Of a stretch of DNA of 64,000 bases, positions 18,881-27,823 are shown piece by piece. A program made the position numbers and the translations under genes. The stretch lies in assembly GCA_051117335.1 (NCBI GenBank), contig JBNPEB010000040.1, forward strand, positions 55,358-119,357. Direction: 5' to 3'. This stretch comes from Elainellaceae cyanobacterium (GTDB lineage: Bacteria > Cyanobacteriota > Cyanobacteriia > CAZCXK01). Positions within the stretch are counted from its first letter, which is position 1. Each line of letters opens with the position of its first letter. The notes under the pieces were generated by a model, which saw only the letters and a list, made by a program, of their open reading frames with translations, was not told the origin of the DNA and made no database searches.

Positions 18881-20188
18881 CTACACAATCGGTTTGCGTA
18901 ATGGCAGTTGAATTTGAAATAGGGTTCCTTTGCCTACCGTACTTTTTGCGGTGATATACCCATCATGGGCGTGGATAATCTGCTGGGCGATGGATAGGCC
19001 CAAGCCAAATCCTCCTGTGCGGCGCGATCGCGCTGCATCTACCCGATAAAAGCGCTCAAAGATATGAGGTAAATCCGTTTCAGGAATGCCGATTCCAGTA
19101 TCTGCAATTTGAATCACAGCCGCATGAGATCGGGTCAAAAGACTGAGGCGAATGATGCCTTCTTCTGGAGTGTATTTGAAGGCGTTGTCTAATAGATTGG
19201 CGATTGCCCGTTGCAGTAGTTGTGGGTCTGCTTTGAGCAGAATGGGCTGGGTTGGGATGTCATAGACGAATCTGCGATTTTGGCGACTCGCTTGAACCTG
19301 ATAGGTTTCAATGAGGGGATAAAGAATATCTTGGACTTTCACCTGCTGACTCAGCGCAGCCCCTGCCAAAGGCCCTTCGTGGCGGGCTAGAAATAGTAAA
19401 TCTTCAATCAGTCCACTCATCGCCTTAGCCGCTTTCTCAATTTCTTCTACACAGTCTTGCTGTTTTGCACTGCTTCGAATGGTAGGAATGAGTGCAACTT
19501 GAGCGTTGCTCAGAATAGCTGTCAGGGGAGTTCGCAGTTCATGGGAGGCATCTGCCGTAAACCGCTGGAGTCGCTCATAGGACTGGCGAATGGGCTGCAT
19601 GGCCATTCCTCCTAGTACCCATCCGGTCAAACCAATGATGCTCAGTGTGACAGGCACACTCAACGTCAAAACCACCAATGCCTGCTTTAAGCTAGACCGC
19701 AATGAATCTAGAGGCGTCGCAGCCTGAATATACCCAATGAGCTGATCGTCATATTTGACAGGAGCCGTCAATTCTCGGAGCGATCGCTCCACTGATGTTC
19801 CATCCTCAAGACCATCAACAATTTGAATGGTTTGAAAGCCGATTGCCTTAGTTGAAATCTCTTTATCAATAGGCGTCAATCCTGCAAACTGGATTAGCTC
19901 TCCCTCGGCGTCATACCAGCGAATGTAAATCAGACCATTTTGTGGGGCAATCGTGCTCTCCCTGGCAAGTGGAGTACCATTTCTAAAACTCAATTGCCAG
20001 CGTCCTTGCTCCAGCCGATAATAGACTTGATTGTCAGCTTCTTTGGTTTTCAAATACAGAGCCTCATCAAAGGAGCGGAGCTGATCTTCGGCTTCAAGAT
20101 GATAGACGACTCCGGTAAACACAATCAAAATACTGCCCATTGAAAGTGCAAACCAGTGAGCTAAATTAAGGCGACTGCGACTAAACAT
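18881..20188 (-). CDS. Sensor histidine kinase (periplasmic sensor, HisKA, HATPase_c)
   Basis: Two TM segments flank a ~150-aa periplasmic domain. H-box ADASHELRTPLTAI. G-boxes ADTGIGIPE and GGFGLGLSIAQ. Confidence 0.85.
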   Translation of the reverse strand: MFSRSRLNLAHWFALSMGSILIVFTGVVYHLEAEDQLRSFDEALYLKTKEADNQVYYRLEQGRWQLSFRNGTPLARESTIAPQNGLIYIRWYDAEGELIQFAGLTPIDKEISTKAIGFQTIQIVDGLEDGTSVERSLRELTAPVKYDDQLIGYIQAATPLDSLRSSLKQALVVLTLSVPVTLSIIGLTGWVLGGMAMQPIRQSYERLQRFTADASHELRTPLTAILSNAQVALIPTIRSSAKQQDCVEEIEKAAKAMSGLIEDLLFLARHEGPLAGAALSQQVKVQDILYPLIETYQVQASRQNRRFVYDIPTQPILLKADPQLLQRAIANLLDNAFKYTPEEGIIRLSLLTRSHAAVIQIADTGIGIPETDLPHIFERFYRVDAARSRRTGGFGLGLSIAQQIIHAHDGYITAKSTVGKGTLFQIQLPLRKPIV

Positions 20189-20196
20189 ACCAACAG

Positions 20197-20886
20197 CTAT
20201 GGTAATTGTTCTGGAATTTTGAGACGATATCCCATACCATAAACCGTCTCAAGCCAGCTTTTTGCTCCTAGTTCATCTAAGCGTTGCCGCAAGCGCCAGA
20301 TTAGAGCCGTTACAGCATTACTTTCAGGTTCAGTGCCCCATTCCCAGAGGGTTTGTTCGATGCGATCGCGCGGAATCACTTGCCCTGCTCGCCGCATAAA
20401 ATATTCCATCAGATGAAACTCGCGGCTAGAGAGGCGAATCTGCATTTGCTGCCGCTCTAGGATAAGCCTTGAAACACACAGATGCAGGTCTCCCAAACTA
20501 AGGCGATCGCCATGCCACTGGGGCGATCGCCGCCCCAACGCTCGAATGCGAGCCAACAGTTCTGGAATATCGATGGGTTTTACCAAGTAATCATCTGCTC
20601 CAGAGTCTAAACCTAATACTTTATCGGCGGTGGTATCTTTGGCAGTGAGCATTAAAACAGGCGCAGGTTTTCCCATTGTGCGATAGTGTTGGCATAGTTT
20701 GACACCGCTGATGGTTGGCAGCATCCAATCTAAAATCAATAGGTCATAGTCTTTGCTGCCCATCAACCATTGAGCTTCTTCTGCATCTTCCACACCATCA
20801 ACCAAATGACCAAATTCTGACAGCGCAATACATAGAGGTTTAAGCTGCGCGGGGTCATCTTCGACAAGCAGGATGATCATCGGCAA
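20197..20886 (-). CDS. OmpR-family response regulator
   Basis: REC domain (IILLVEDDP...LLILDWMLP) plus a winged-helix output domain. Lies 8 bp upstream of the kinase gene on the same strand. Confidence 0.85.
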   Translation of the reverse strand: MPMIILLVEDDPAQLKPLCIALSEFGHLVDGVEDAEEAQWLMGSKDYDLLILDWMLPTISGVKLCQHYRTMGKPAPVLMLTAKDTTADKVLGLDSGADDYLVKPIDIPELLARIRALGRRSPQWHGDRLSLGDLHLCVSRLILERQQMQIRLSSREFHLMEYFMRRAGQVIPRDRIEQTLWEWGTEPESNAVTALIWRLRQRLDELGAKSWLETVYGMGYRLKIPEQLP

Positions 20887-21026
20887 TACCCTAGATCACA
20901 TGAATGGAAATCATTATGGAATAGTTTGACAGGAAAATATAACAGAAATATGATGAGCCAATTTGTCGAGTATTCTCAAGGGAGAGAGTATTTGAAGACA
21001 AGTTACTGAGATTTTTAGAAGCGGCT

Positions 21027-21440
21027 ATGTGGCAGTTTATTCGACGGCCTTTGCGAGAGTTGCGCCCTTGGCATCTGGCGCTAAAAAACCTACGATTTTG
21101 GCTCCCCCTGCTCGTCTTGGGCTTTAGCTTTTGGACGGTTGGCACCCTGATGACGCTGCAAATTTTGAATCGTTCTTATCAGACTTCACGCTATTTCATT
21201 GCGACTATCCCATCTGAAACCGCACTAGCCAGACAGATATCGTCGATCAAAGTAAAAATTTATACAGAATTAGATTTCTCAATTGCTGAGGTCACGTCAG
21301 AAGATCCAAATCTTCTAGAACGAGAATTTCAGTATGCGCTTATCGAACCTCAAGAGATTGAACGGGCGATCGCTCAAGAACTAGAGATACCTCTAGAGGA
21401 CGTTAGACGGGTGATTTACTACAAGGTGGTCGATCGTTAA
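21027..21440 (+). CDS. Hypothetical membrane protein
   Basis: 137-aa ORF with one clear TM segment (FWLPLLVLGFSFWTVGTLMTL). No family recognised. Confidence 0.3.
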   Translation: MWQFIRRPLRELRPWHLALKNLRFWLPLLVLGFSFWTVGTLMTLQILNRSYQTSRYFIATIPSETALARQISSIKVKIYTELDFSIAEVTSEDPNLLEREFQYALIEPQEIERAIAQELEIPLEDVRRVIYYKVVDR

Positions 21441-21727
21441 GCCAGCAGCCCCAAAGGATTTCAGCAGGCATCGCGTGATTGGCAGGGTAGCAATGGGCGA
21501 TCGCCAACCAATCTCCATCCTCTAGATACTCCGTCTTCGGTAGGGACAGTGAAGCATGATAAACCGCCTTCTTGACTCTCCAATTTAGCTGGCGAGACAG
21601 GCGAAACTCTGCTGCAAGTTCCCGTGGCGTTTCTCCAGCCATAGTGCCCCCAGCAACTCTGCTCCTTCTTTTCTATGAAGGTAGTTCAAGACGCCTCGAA
21701 AGGAAGTCCCCTTCACCTGGTTGCCAA

Positions 21728-21952
21728 TCATGGTACTTCCGCCTCATCATCGGGGTCATCCTCGTTTGGATTAATGCCTGCGATCGCCCAACTCAGCACC
21801 TTCAGCTGCATCCGCAATTCCTGCAGCACCACGATATCAACCTGGTAGTTCTGTCCACGTTTCAAGGCGAGATGGCAGGTTTTGCTGATCTGATGGAGAG
21901 CATTACCAATCTTCCCCATCTCCAACAGCAGTTCTCGGTTCACTTGCGGCAT
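21728..21952 (-). pseudogene. MobC-like (relaxosome accessory) gene fragment
   Basis: 74-aa ORF with EMGKIGNALHQISKTCHLAL, which resembles the MobC core motif (rIGNNLNQIAR). Too short to be a full gene, and no relaxase is adjacent. Confidence 0.3.
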
Positions 21953-22226
21953 GGGTTTCGGTTTGCGACACTGTGGGACAGACTACCCAAGTGCGATCGC
22001 TAATCGCGTAGGTTGGATTGAGGCACGAAACCCAACATCCATAGGCTTTAGCCAGCACTAAGCAATCCCTACTCACAAGTAGCAGACACAAGCTAATAAG
22101 CGGGATAGGGAGAATCCTCACGAATCCCCCCTCCCACACCACCTGGCATCAGTATGTACGTGTCTGGTATACGGAAGAACAGGAAAGTTAATAATCCCTA
22201 AAACTATTGCAACAATTGATTGAGGT

Positions 22227-22418
22227 ATGAGTCAGCAGCTAGCTACCGGAACCCGCATCATGGTATCTGTCATCCTTGACAACTCAGCAGATGAAATGAC
22301 TCCTGATGAAATTGTGGCAGATTACCCGCCCCTTACCACAACCGATATCCGAGCTGCGATGATGCTGCGCAAAAGCTGGCGCCAACGCCTATGCTGCTGC
22401 ACTGGCAAGGGACGATGA
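22227..22418 (+). CDS. DUF433 domain protein (antitoxin-like small protein)
   Basis: TGTRIMVSVILDNSADEMTPDEIVADYPPLTTTDIRAAMML matches the DUF433 consensus (G.RI.v..il..l..G.s.eeI...YP.Lt.edI.aAl). Confidence 0.6.
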   Translation: MSQQLATGTRIMVSVILDNSADEMTPDEIVADYPPLTTTDIRAAMMLRKSWRQRLCCCTGKGR

Positions 22419-22602
22419 ATCGTTTCCCAACTAAAGAAACAGTCTGCACTTCATCCTACGCCGCTTCAGACAAAATGTGATGTAGATAACATCTGCCTTT
22501 AGAGTGAGTGCAAGGCTTGATGGGGGCAGTTAAGCTTTATGAAGCGCATTCAGAGCACCTGATAAGGCATTCAAAGAAGCATTTGTATCAAGGGGTATTT
22601 TC

Positions 22603-23229
22603 ATGACAAGAACACGTCGTCTATTTTCAAAGCGCGCATTGCCAAAGCGTATCCTTCCAAAGCGATTGATGATTGGTGTTGTCGGGCTGGGTGCAGTTGC
22701 AGCACTGACTGCCTGTGGGACTCCGACAGACACAACAACGACACCAGCCGATGAAGAAGCTGCAACTACAGAAACCGAGACAACAGCGGACAGTTCTATG
22801 TCTGAAGACATGGGCGATACGGTGGTGAGTGTGGCAGCTAGCGACGAATCGTTTAGCACGCTAGCGCAAGCGATTGAAGCGGCAGGTCTAACCGAAACCT
22901 TATCATCTGAAGGTCCATTCACGGTCTTTGCTCCTACCAATGAAGCATTTGAGGCCTTACCAGAAGGCACGCTTGATCAGTTGCTGATGCCTGAAAACCA
23001 AGACTTGCTTACTCAAATTTTGACCTACCATGTTGTTCCTGCGGAAGTAACCTCTGCAGAAGTGACAGCAGGAGAAGTAGAAACGGTTGCAGGACCTGCA
23101 ATCAACATCACGACAGATGGCGCTATTATGGTCAACGGTGCTATGGTTGTGACACCTGATGTTCAAGCGAGCAATGGCGTGATTCACGCGATTGATCAAG
23201 TTCTGTTGCCACCAGATGTATCACTCTAG
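22603..23229 (+). CDS. Fasciclin (FAS1) domain lipoprotein
   Basis: Lipobox LTACG after an N-terminal signal. FAS1 motifs FTVFAPTNEAF, LTYHVVP and NGVIHAIDQVLLP. Confidence 0.85.
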   Translation: MTRTRRLFSKRALPKRILPKRLMIGVVGLGAVAALTACGTPTDTTTTPADEEAATTETETTADSSMSEDMGDTVVSVAASDESFSTLAQAIEAAGLTETLSSEGPFTVFAPTNEAFEALPEGTLDQLLMPENQDLLTQILTYHVVPAEVTSAEVTAGEVETVAGPAINITTDGAIMVNGAMVVTPDVQASNGVIHAIDQVLLPPDVSL

Positions 23230-23370
23230 CATGGCTTTAGTTCAGCTTGATACGTAGCTTAAGGCTGCTACATCAGCAGGCAATTAAATTGACCTCAGCT
23301 ACGTTTTTGGAATGATTGTCAGTTTCAGACATGTAACTGGGGTTTATGGCGGTATGCGCTTGAGTTAAGT

Positions 23371-23403
23371 ACGGTGGTGTGGGGCGCAGCCCTACACCAC
23401 CGT
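23371..23403. terminator. GC-rich 15-bp stem-loop between convergent genes (degenerate member of the dyad repeat family)
   Basis: ACGGTGGTGTGGGGC-gca-GCCCTACACCACCGT, with one G-T mismatch. It lies downstream of both the fasciclin gene (+) and the 23484-23834 ORF (-), and is followed by ATCGCTATAGA. Confidence 0.5.
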
Positions 23404-23483
23404 TTCTGTACTTGACGCGCACATCGCTATAGATTTGGAATTTTGATAGAGGCGGTTTCCAAACAACCATCCAAAATGGTGCG

Positions 23484-23834
23484 TTAGGTTAATAGAGCAA
23501 ATGCGTTTTTTAGATTGAGTCGTTCAGAGATACTGGGGCGGCGTTGATTCTCCGGGCGTTTAGATTCCTCATCACCTTCATCGACAGGAACCAGCATTGA
23601 GTCAGATTTGCGAACAACCATTTCCCCATTATTGAGTGCACTCCGCCACTGCCGACCGATGCGCCAAGCTCGAAACTTAGATGCGTTCCATCGGGGATTT
23701 GCCGTGTATCCTGCAAACCCAGAACGCAGGGCAGCATGATTTTCACTCGAAATGGGAGTATACGCTGACACGCCTTCATTTAGCTCAACAACCGTAAGAT
23801 TGCGATTCCTCGGTGCTTTCGTCATGAGCCTCAC
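23484..23834 (-). CDS. Hypothetical protein
   Basis: 116-aa ORF. Basic, not hydrophobic. No family recognised. Confidence 0.35.
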   Translation of the reverse strand: MRLMTKAPRNRNLTVVELNEGVSAYTPISSENHAALRSGFAGYTANPRWNASKFRAWRIGRQWRSALNNGEMVVRKSDSMLVPVDEGDEESKRPENQRRPSISERLNLKNAFALLT

Positions 23835-24285
23835 CCCCCTTATTTAATTAACTAGTTTTTACAACATGCTTCCTAGCAAACGTTACTAACTAAACAGCAG
23901 CTCGAATGCTGCATAGTCATAGATTGCCCTATCCTGAACCTCACGCGACTTTAGCAGTCTGCCTGTAAGCCAAGGCAAATCAATAAAGCTCGATGTGAGT
24001 AACAGTCAAGGCCTCGAAGCTGCGCTTAAAATCGGCACCTACTCCACCTATACGTCAGACTCCACCCTGAATCAGCCTAACTTTAGCCGTGAAGCTCGTT
24101 AAAAAGGTGAACCGTATTTTGAAATCTTGTAGCGCTCTAATCTATTTAGATTATATCCTCTTATGTTTAAATTTGTTAACAAGTTCAGAACTCTTTTAGT
24201 AGATTTGAGTTAAAGAACAGGCTAAACGATAGAACAATGCTCCGTCTGTCTCGATAGAAAGAGAATGAACCCGCAGAGATTCAAT

Positions 24286-25026
24286 TTAGCCGCCGAGCAA
24301 CTTGTAGGCGTAATATGTTGCCATCGGAATGATCGTAGCAGCCACCAAAAACCCAATCACCAAGACTGTTGCGTTATTGGTATCGGTTTCTTCGGCTGAT
24401 GCGAAGGTGCTTTCGGCTTGGACCGTATCTGCAACGACTGGAGGTCCTGGATCGGGTTGCCCAGATAATACTGCAACCAGGCGATCGCCTGCGTCTAATA
24501 AAGCCTGATTATACTTATTTCCATTCCGCAGCGGAACCATCAACGTTTCTTGGGCGACGCTCTTAGAAATGTCATCGGAAAGAACGTCTTTGACCTCGTC
24601 ACCAGCTCGAATCGCTGCATTGTTGGTGACATTATCGAGCAGCAACAACACCTGATTGGCTTGAGCATCTTCGGTCGGAAACCAAGCCTCAAATAATTTA
24701 TTGACGAGGCTCTCAGCCGTCTCACCATAGTCTAGGCGGTGGATTGTTACAAACCGAACCTCGCGTCCGGTTTCATCCGACAATGATTCAAAGGCTTGGC
24801 TAATCTTCCCTTTGCTAATGCGACTGAGAATATCTGCCTCATCGATGACCCAGGTTGACTCGCCTGCTGACACGGACGGGAGATCGTAGACTCCAGTCGC
24901 ATACGCAGGTGATGCCCAGAGCTGAATCGAGGCAACTGCGACGAGGAAAGGCAAGACGAGGTATCGAGCCAAGCCATTGCCTCGAGGCAACGAAAATTTA
25001 AGGAAAGACTGAAGGGAATGAAGCAT
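24286..25026 (-). CDS. TPM-domain protein (Psb32/TLP18.3-like)
   Basis: Signal peptide, TPM/DUF477-like core (WVIDEADILSRISKGKISQAFESLSDETGREVRFVTIHRLDYGE) and a C-terminal TM helix. Confidence 0.75.
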   Translation of the reverse strand: MLHSLQSFLKFSLPRGNGLARYLVLPFLVAVASIQLWASPAYATGVYDLPSVSAGESTWVIDEADILSRISKGKISQAFESLSDETGREVRFVTIHRLDYGETAESLVNKLFEAWFPTEDAQANQVLLLLDNVTNNAAIRAGDEVKDVLSDDISKSVAQETLMVPLRNGNKYNQALLDAGDRLVAVLSGQPDPGPPVVADTVQAESTFASAEETDTNNATVLVIGFLVAATIIPMATYYAYKLLGG

Positions 25027-25211
25027 CCGCCCTGACCAATCATTGTCATTCGAGACTTATTATACGGTATAGATTAACCCTTATAGAAATCCTCAGGCTT
25101 GATTAAGCTTTGAGGAGCTGGAGGCAGGCTTTCCAGACCCACGAGACTTACATTTTACTGCACTCATCTCAGACGCACTGCAATCCGCCGCGTAATCTGC
25201 CCGTCAATCTT

Positions 25212-26219
25212 CTACCCTTGCGGAGCATTCAGCAAGAAAGTAACCGCATCGACCACCCTTTGCGCGACGCCGCTCAAAAAATCAGGATTGATGGTTTCAA
25301 CTCGATCGGTGGGTTGGTGATAGTGAGGATTGCGAAAATTGGCGGTATCCGTGACCATCACCGCTCCGATGCCATGTTGCCAAAATGGAACGTGATCACT
25401 TCGCAATAAATCGGGAATGATTGGACCCAAAATCGGAATTGCTAGGGTAAAGACCGAAGGAAAGGTGGAAGACGGCTGTTGAAATGCATCAATCAATCGA
25501 GCGTGCCCTTGATCGCCAATCACCGCAATAAAATTGCCGCGATCGCTCGGTTGAGGAATGGGTAATCGATCGGGGTATTGCTGACATCCTGCCACATCAC
25601 ACGAATATCCCACCATTTCCATAATCAGAGCCCCGTCGATAGACTCGACATCCATCTCGTTGACGAAGGCGTTGCTGCCTAGAAGTCCGGCTTCTTCTAA
25701 GTCAAACAAGGCCACTTTAAGAGGATGCGGCGTCGGGATAGAACCCAACAGTCGAGCAACTTCAAGGACAACGGCAACTCCTGTGGCATTGTCATCAATA
25801 CCGGGCGATCGCTCTACACTGTCGTAATGAGCGCCAACCAAGATGGCTCCCGCATCGGGATCGGTGCCCGGACGTTCTGCATAAAGGTTCACTCCATCCT
25901 CAAAGATTTGCCGCTGCACCGACCAGCCCGCATCGGTCAGTGATTGAGAAATATAGTGCCGAGCCTGAGCCCGTTCGACGGGGCTATAGCGTTCAAATTC
26001 CAATGCTTGCAGATCAGTCAGAAGCCGCTCAGGGCTGATTTGGGGAGATTCGATGGGACTTTCTTCAAGAGTTTGAGATAGCGGACTCCCATCAGACTGA
26101 AAGGCCATGAGCACACTGGCAGGGCTAGGCAAATCGGCTGCCCACTGCTGCCGGGTGAATATGCTCACTACTGTGACGACTATAAACGCCAACCAAAACC
26201 ATCGTGTTCTCATTGGCAT
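25212..26219 (-). CDS. M28-family zinc aminopeptidase
   Basis: Signal/TM N-terminus. Zinc-ligand contexts HYDSV, GIDDNATGVAVVLE, DLEEAGLLGS and MEMVGY. Confidence 0.8.
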   Translation of the reverse strand: MPMRTRWFWLAFIVVTVVSIFTRQQWAADLPSPASVLMAFQSDGSPLSQTLEESPIESPQISPERLLTDLQALEFERYSPVERAQARHYISQSLTDAGWSVQRQIFEDGVNLYAERPGTDPDAGAILVGAHYDSVERSPGIDDNATGVAVVLEVARLLGSIPTPHPLKVALFDLEEAGLLGSNAFVNEMDVESIDGALIMEMVGYSCDVAGCQQYPDRLPIPQPSDRGNFIAVIGDQGHARLIDAFQQPSSTFPSVFTLAIPILGPIIPDLLRSDHVPFWQHGIGAVMVTDTANFRNPHYHQPTDRVETINPDFLSGVAQRVVDAVTFLLNAPQG

Positions 26220-26271
26220 CCTTGATTTGAATTCGTCACGCTGTTCTTCAAAGTCTGTGTTGCCGTGCTCT

Positions 26272-26763
26272 TTAAGTAGTGCCCTTCGGGGCTGTGGCTA
26301 GTTCTTTTAGCTTTTCAGAAAATGTTTTTAGAGATTGACCGACTTGCTGCCTCAACCGCCACCGATGAAACGCTTTCTCATAGCTTTGCCCTTCAGGATG
26401 AAACGTCTGCCACGCTTGAAGCGCCAAGAAAAGCCCCCAAATGAGGGCAATGGGGACAGACCAGCTCAGCGTTTGATTAATCCATGCATTAATGAGCAAC
26501 AGAAACGTATTCACGATGAGATATTTAACAGCACTCTGACGGAGCCGTTCATGTTGATAGTCATGAAATGCCTGGTGTTCTTGCTGAGTTTGCTTCTGAA
26601 TCTGCCATTGTTGCTCTGCTGCCTGAAGATCGCCCAGCGAGATTCCCAAATCTTCTGCAATCTCGACGAGTTGCGATCGCGACAGTTCTGCCTTACTAGA
26701 CTGTCGTGCAATGGCAATTTGGAGGATTTGCTGCACAGCCTCCTCGTCGTATATCTCAGCCAC
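26272..26763 (-). CDS. 2TM-domain membrane protein (hypothetical)
   Basis: Glutamine-rich coiled N-terminal part followed by two adjacent TM helices (YLIVNTFLLLINAWI...IALIWGLFLALQAW). Confidence 0.45.
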   Translation of the reverse strand: MAEIYDEEAVQQILQIAIARQSSKAELSRSQLVEIAEDLGISLGDLQAAEQQWQIQKQTQQEHQAFHDYQHERLRQSAVKYLIVNTFLLLINAWINQTLSWSVPIALIWGLFLALQAWQTFHPEGQSYEKAFHRWRLRQQVGQSLKTFSEKLKELATAPKGTT

Positions 26764-26998
26764 GTCGTCCTCCCGGAGTATGCGCGCCCGCTAGGCGCAC
26801 GAATTCGCCTCAGCTAATGTAAGTTTGGCGTGTCAGAAAACTATGACTGAATGCTTGGCTTCAGCCACTTCTAGTATAGTTCTGGTTCTTTTGGCTGACT
26901 CGTTCTTGTAGCTTTCTTTTCAAGTTTTTTCAATGAGAGGTCTTGAATTCAGTTAATTTTAAAGGAACTCGGAAAGGAACTCAGATTCGGGCGAACCG

Positions 26999-27823
26999 AT
27001 GGACGTGATCGAGCTGAAATTCATGTTGAAGTTGTTAGGCAATCGGCCTGACTATCGTTCTCCGCTGTCAGCACTGACTCTCACGAACAGTCTCAGCGAT
27101 CGCAATCGAGCCTGTCGCCAACTGCGCGATCGCGGCTTTATTGATTGTTTTGATGAAATCATCAGATTTAGAACTGCTCCACCGGGCAAGGCGTTGCTCA
27201 ATCTCGATGCTGAAAATTTACCCGTCACAGCGATCGAGCTGAGCGTTCTTCAAGCAGGCGAGCCGGGTTATACAACACCTAGAGAAATTTCAAAAATTCG
27301 GAAAGGCGATCGCCAAATTTTGCTACAAGACTTAGCAAATCGAGGACTCATCCAGGTCGAAACGCAGGTCAAAGACGTTTGGATTACAGCAGCCGGAAAA
27401 CTGCACTTATATAAAGATTATGTGCCTCAGGGCAACGCAACGATTAGCCTGAGCCTGTTGGGTAACTATCTCCAGTTTATGCGTCAGTTTGATGTTCAAT
27501 CCGCGGCGATCGCGGGTGAGGTGTCATCCATCGTGGGAGCACGCAAGAAACCCGATGACGCGGATATTTTGACGACGATCCAAACCCTCGATCATGAACT
27601 AGGCACTGAGAACTATCTACCCCTGTTTTATCTGCGTCAGACCTTGCAGCCGCCGTTATCACGAGATGGACTCGACGATGCCCTTTATCGTTTGCAGCGT
27701 CACGATCAGATTGAATTGAGCTCGCTTCAAGATGCGATCGCCTACACGCCTGAGCAAATTGATGCAGGCATTCCTCAAGATATTGGAGGCCCGTTGTTCT
27801 TTATCTCAGTTTTGACTCCATGA
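26999..27823 (+). CDS. Hypothetical protein, partner of the downstream AAA+ NTPase
   Basis: 274 aa, no TM segments. Two internally similar segments are possibly winged-helix-like (CRQLRDRGFID / LQDLANRGLIQ). Its stop overlaps the start of the next gene (ATGA at 27820-27823). Confidence 0.55.
   Translation: MDVIELKFMLKLLGNRPDYRSPLSALTLTNSLSDRNRACRQLRDRGFIDCFDEIIRFRTAPPGKALLNLDAENLPVTAIELSVLQAGEPGYTTPREISKIRKGDRQILLQDLANRGLIQVETQVKDVWITAAGKLHLYKDYVPQGNATISLSLLGNYLQFMRQFDVQSAAIAGEVSSIVGARKKPDDADILTTIQTLDHELGTENYLPLFYLRQTLQPPLSRDGLDDALYRLQRHDQIELSSLQDAIAYTPEQIDAGIPQDIGGPLFFISVLTP

Noticed and set aside
21572-22003. 143-aa plus-strand ORF and neighbouring ORFs (21403-21642, 21903-22142)
   Set aside because: They overlap each other and the MobC-like fragment on opposite strands. 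Their composition is low-complexity and Arg/Ser-rich, typical of antisense reading of GC-rich DNA. No motifs.
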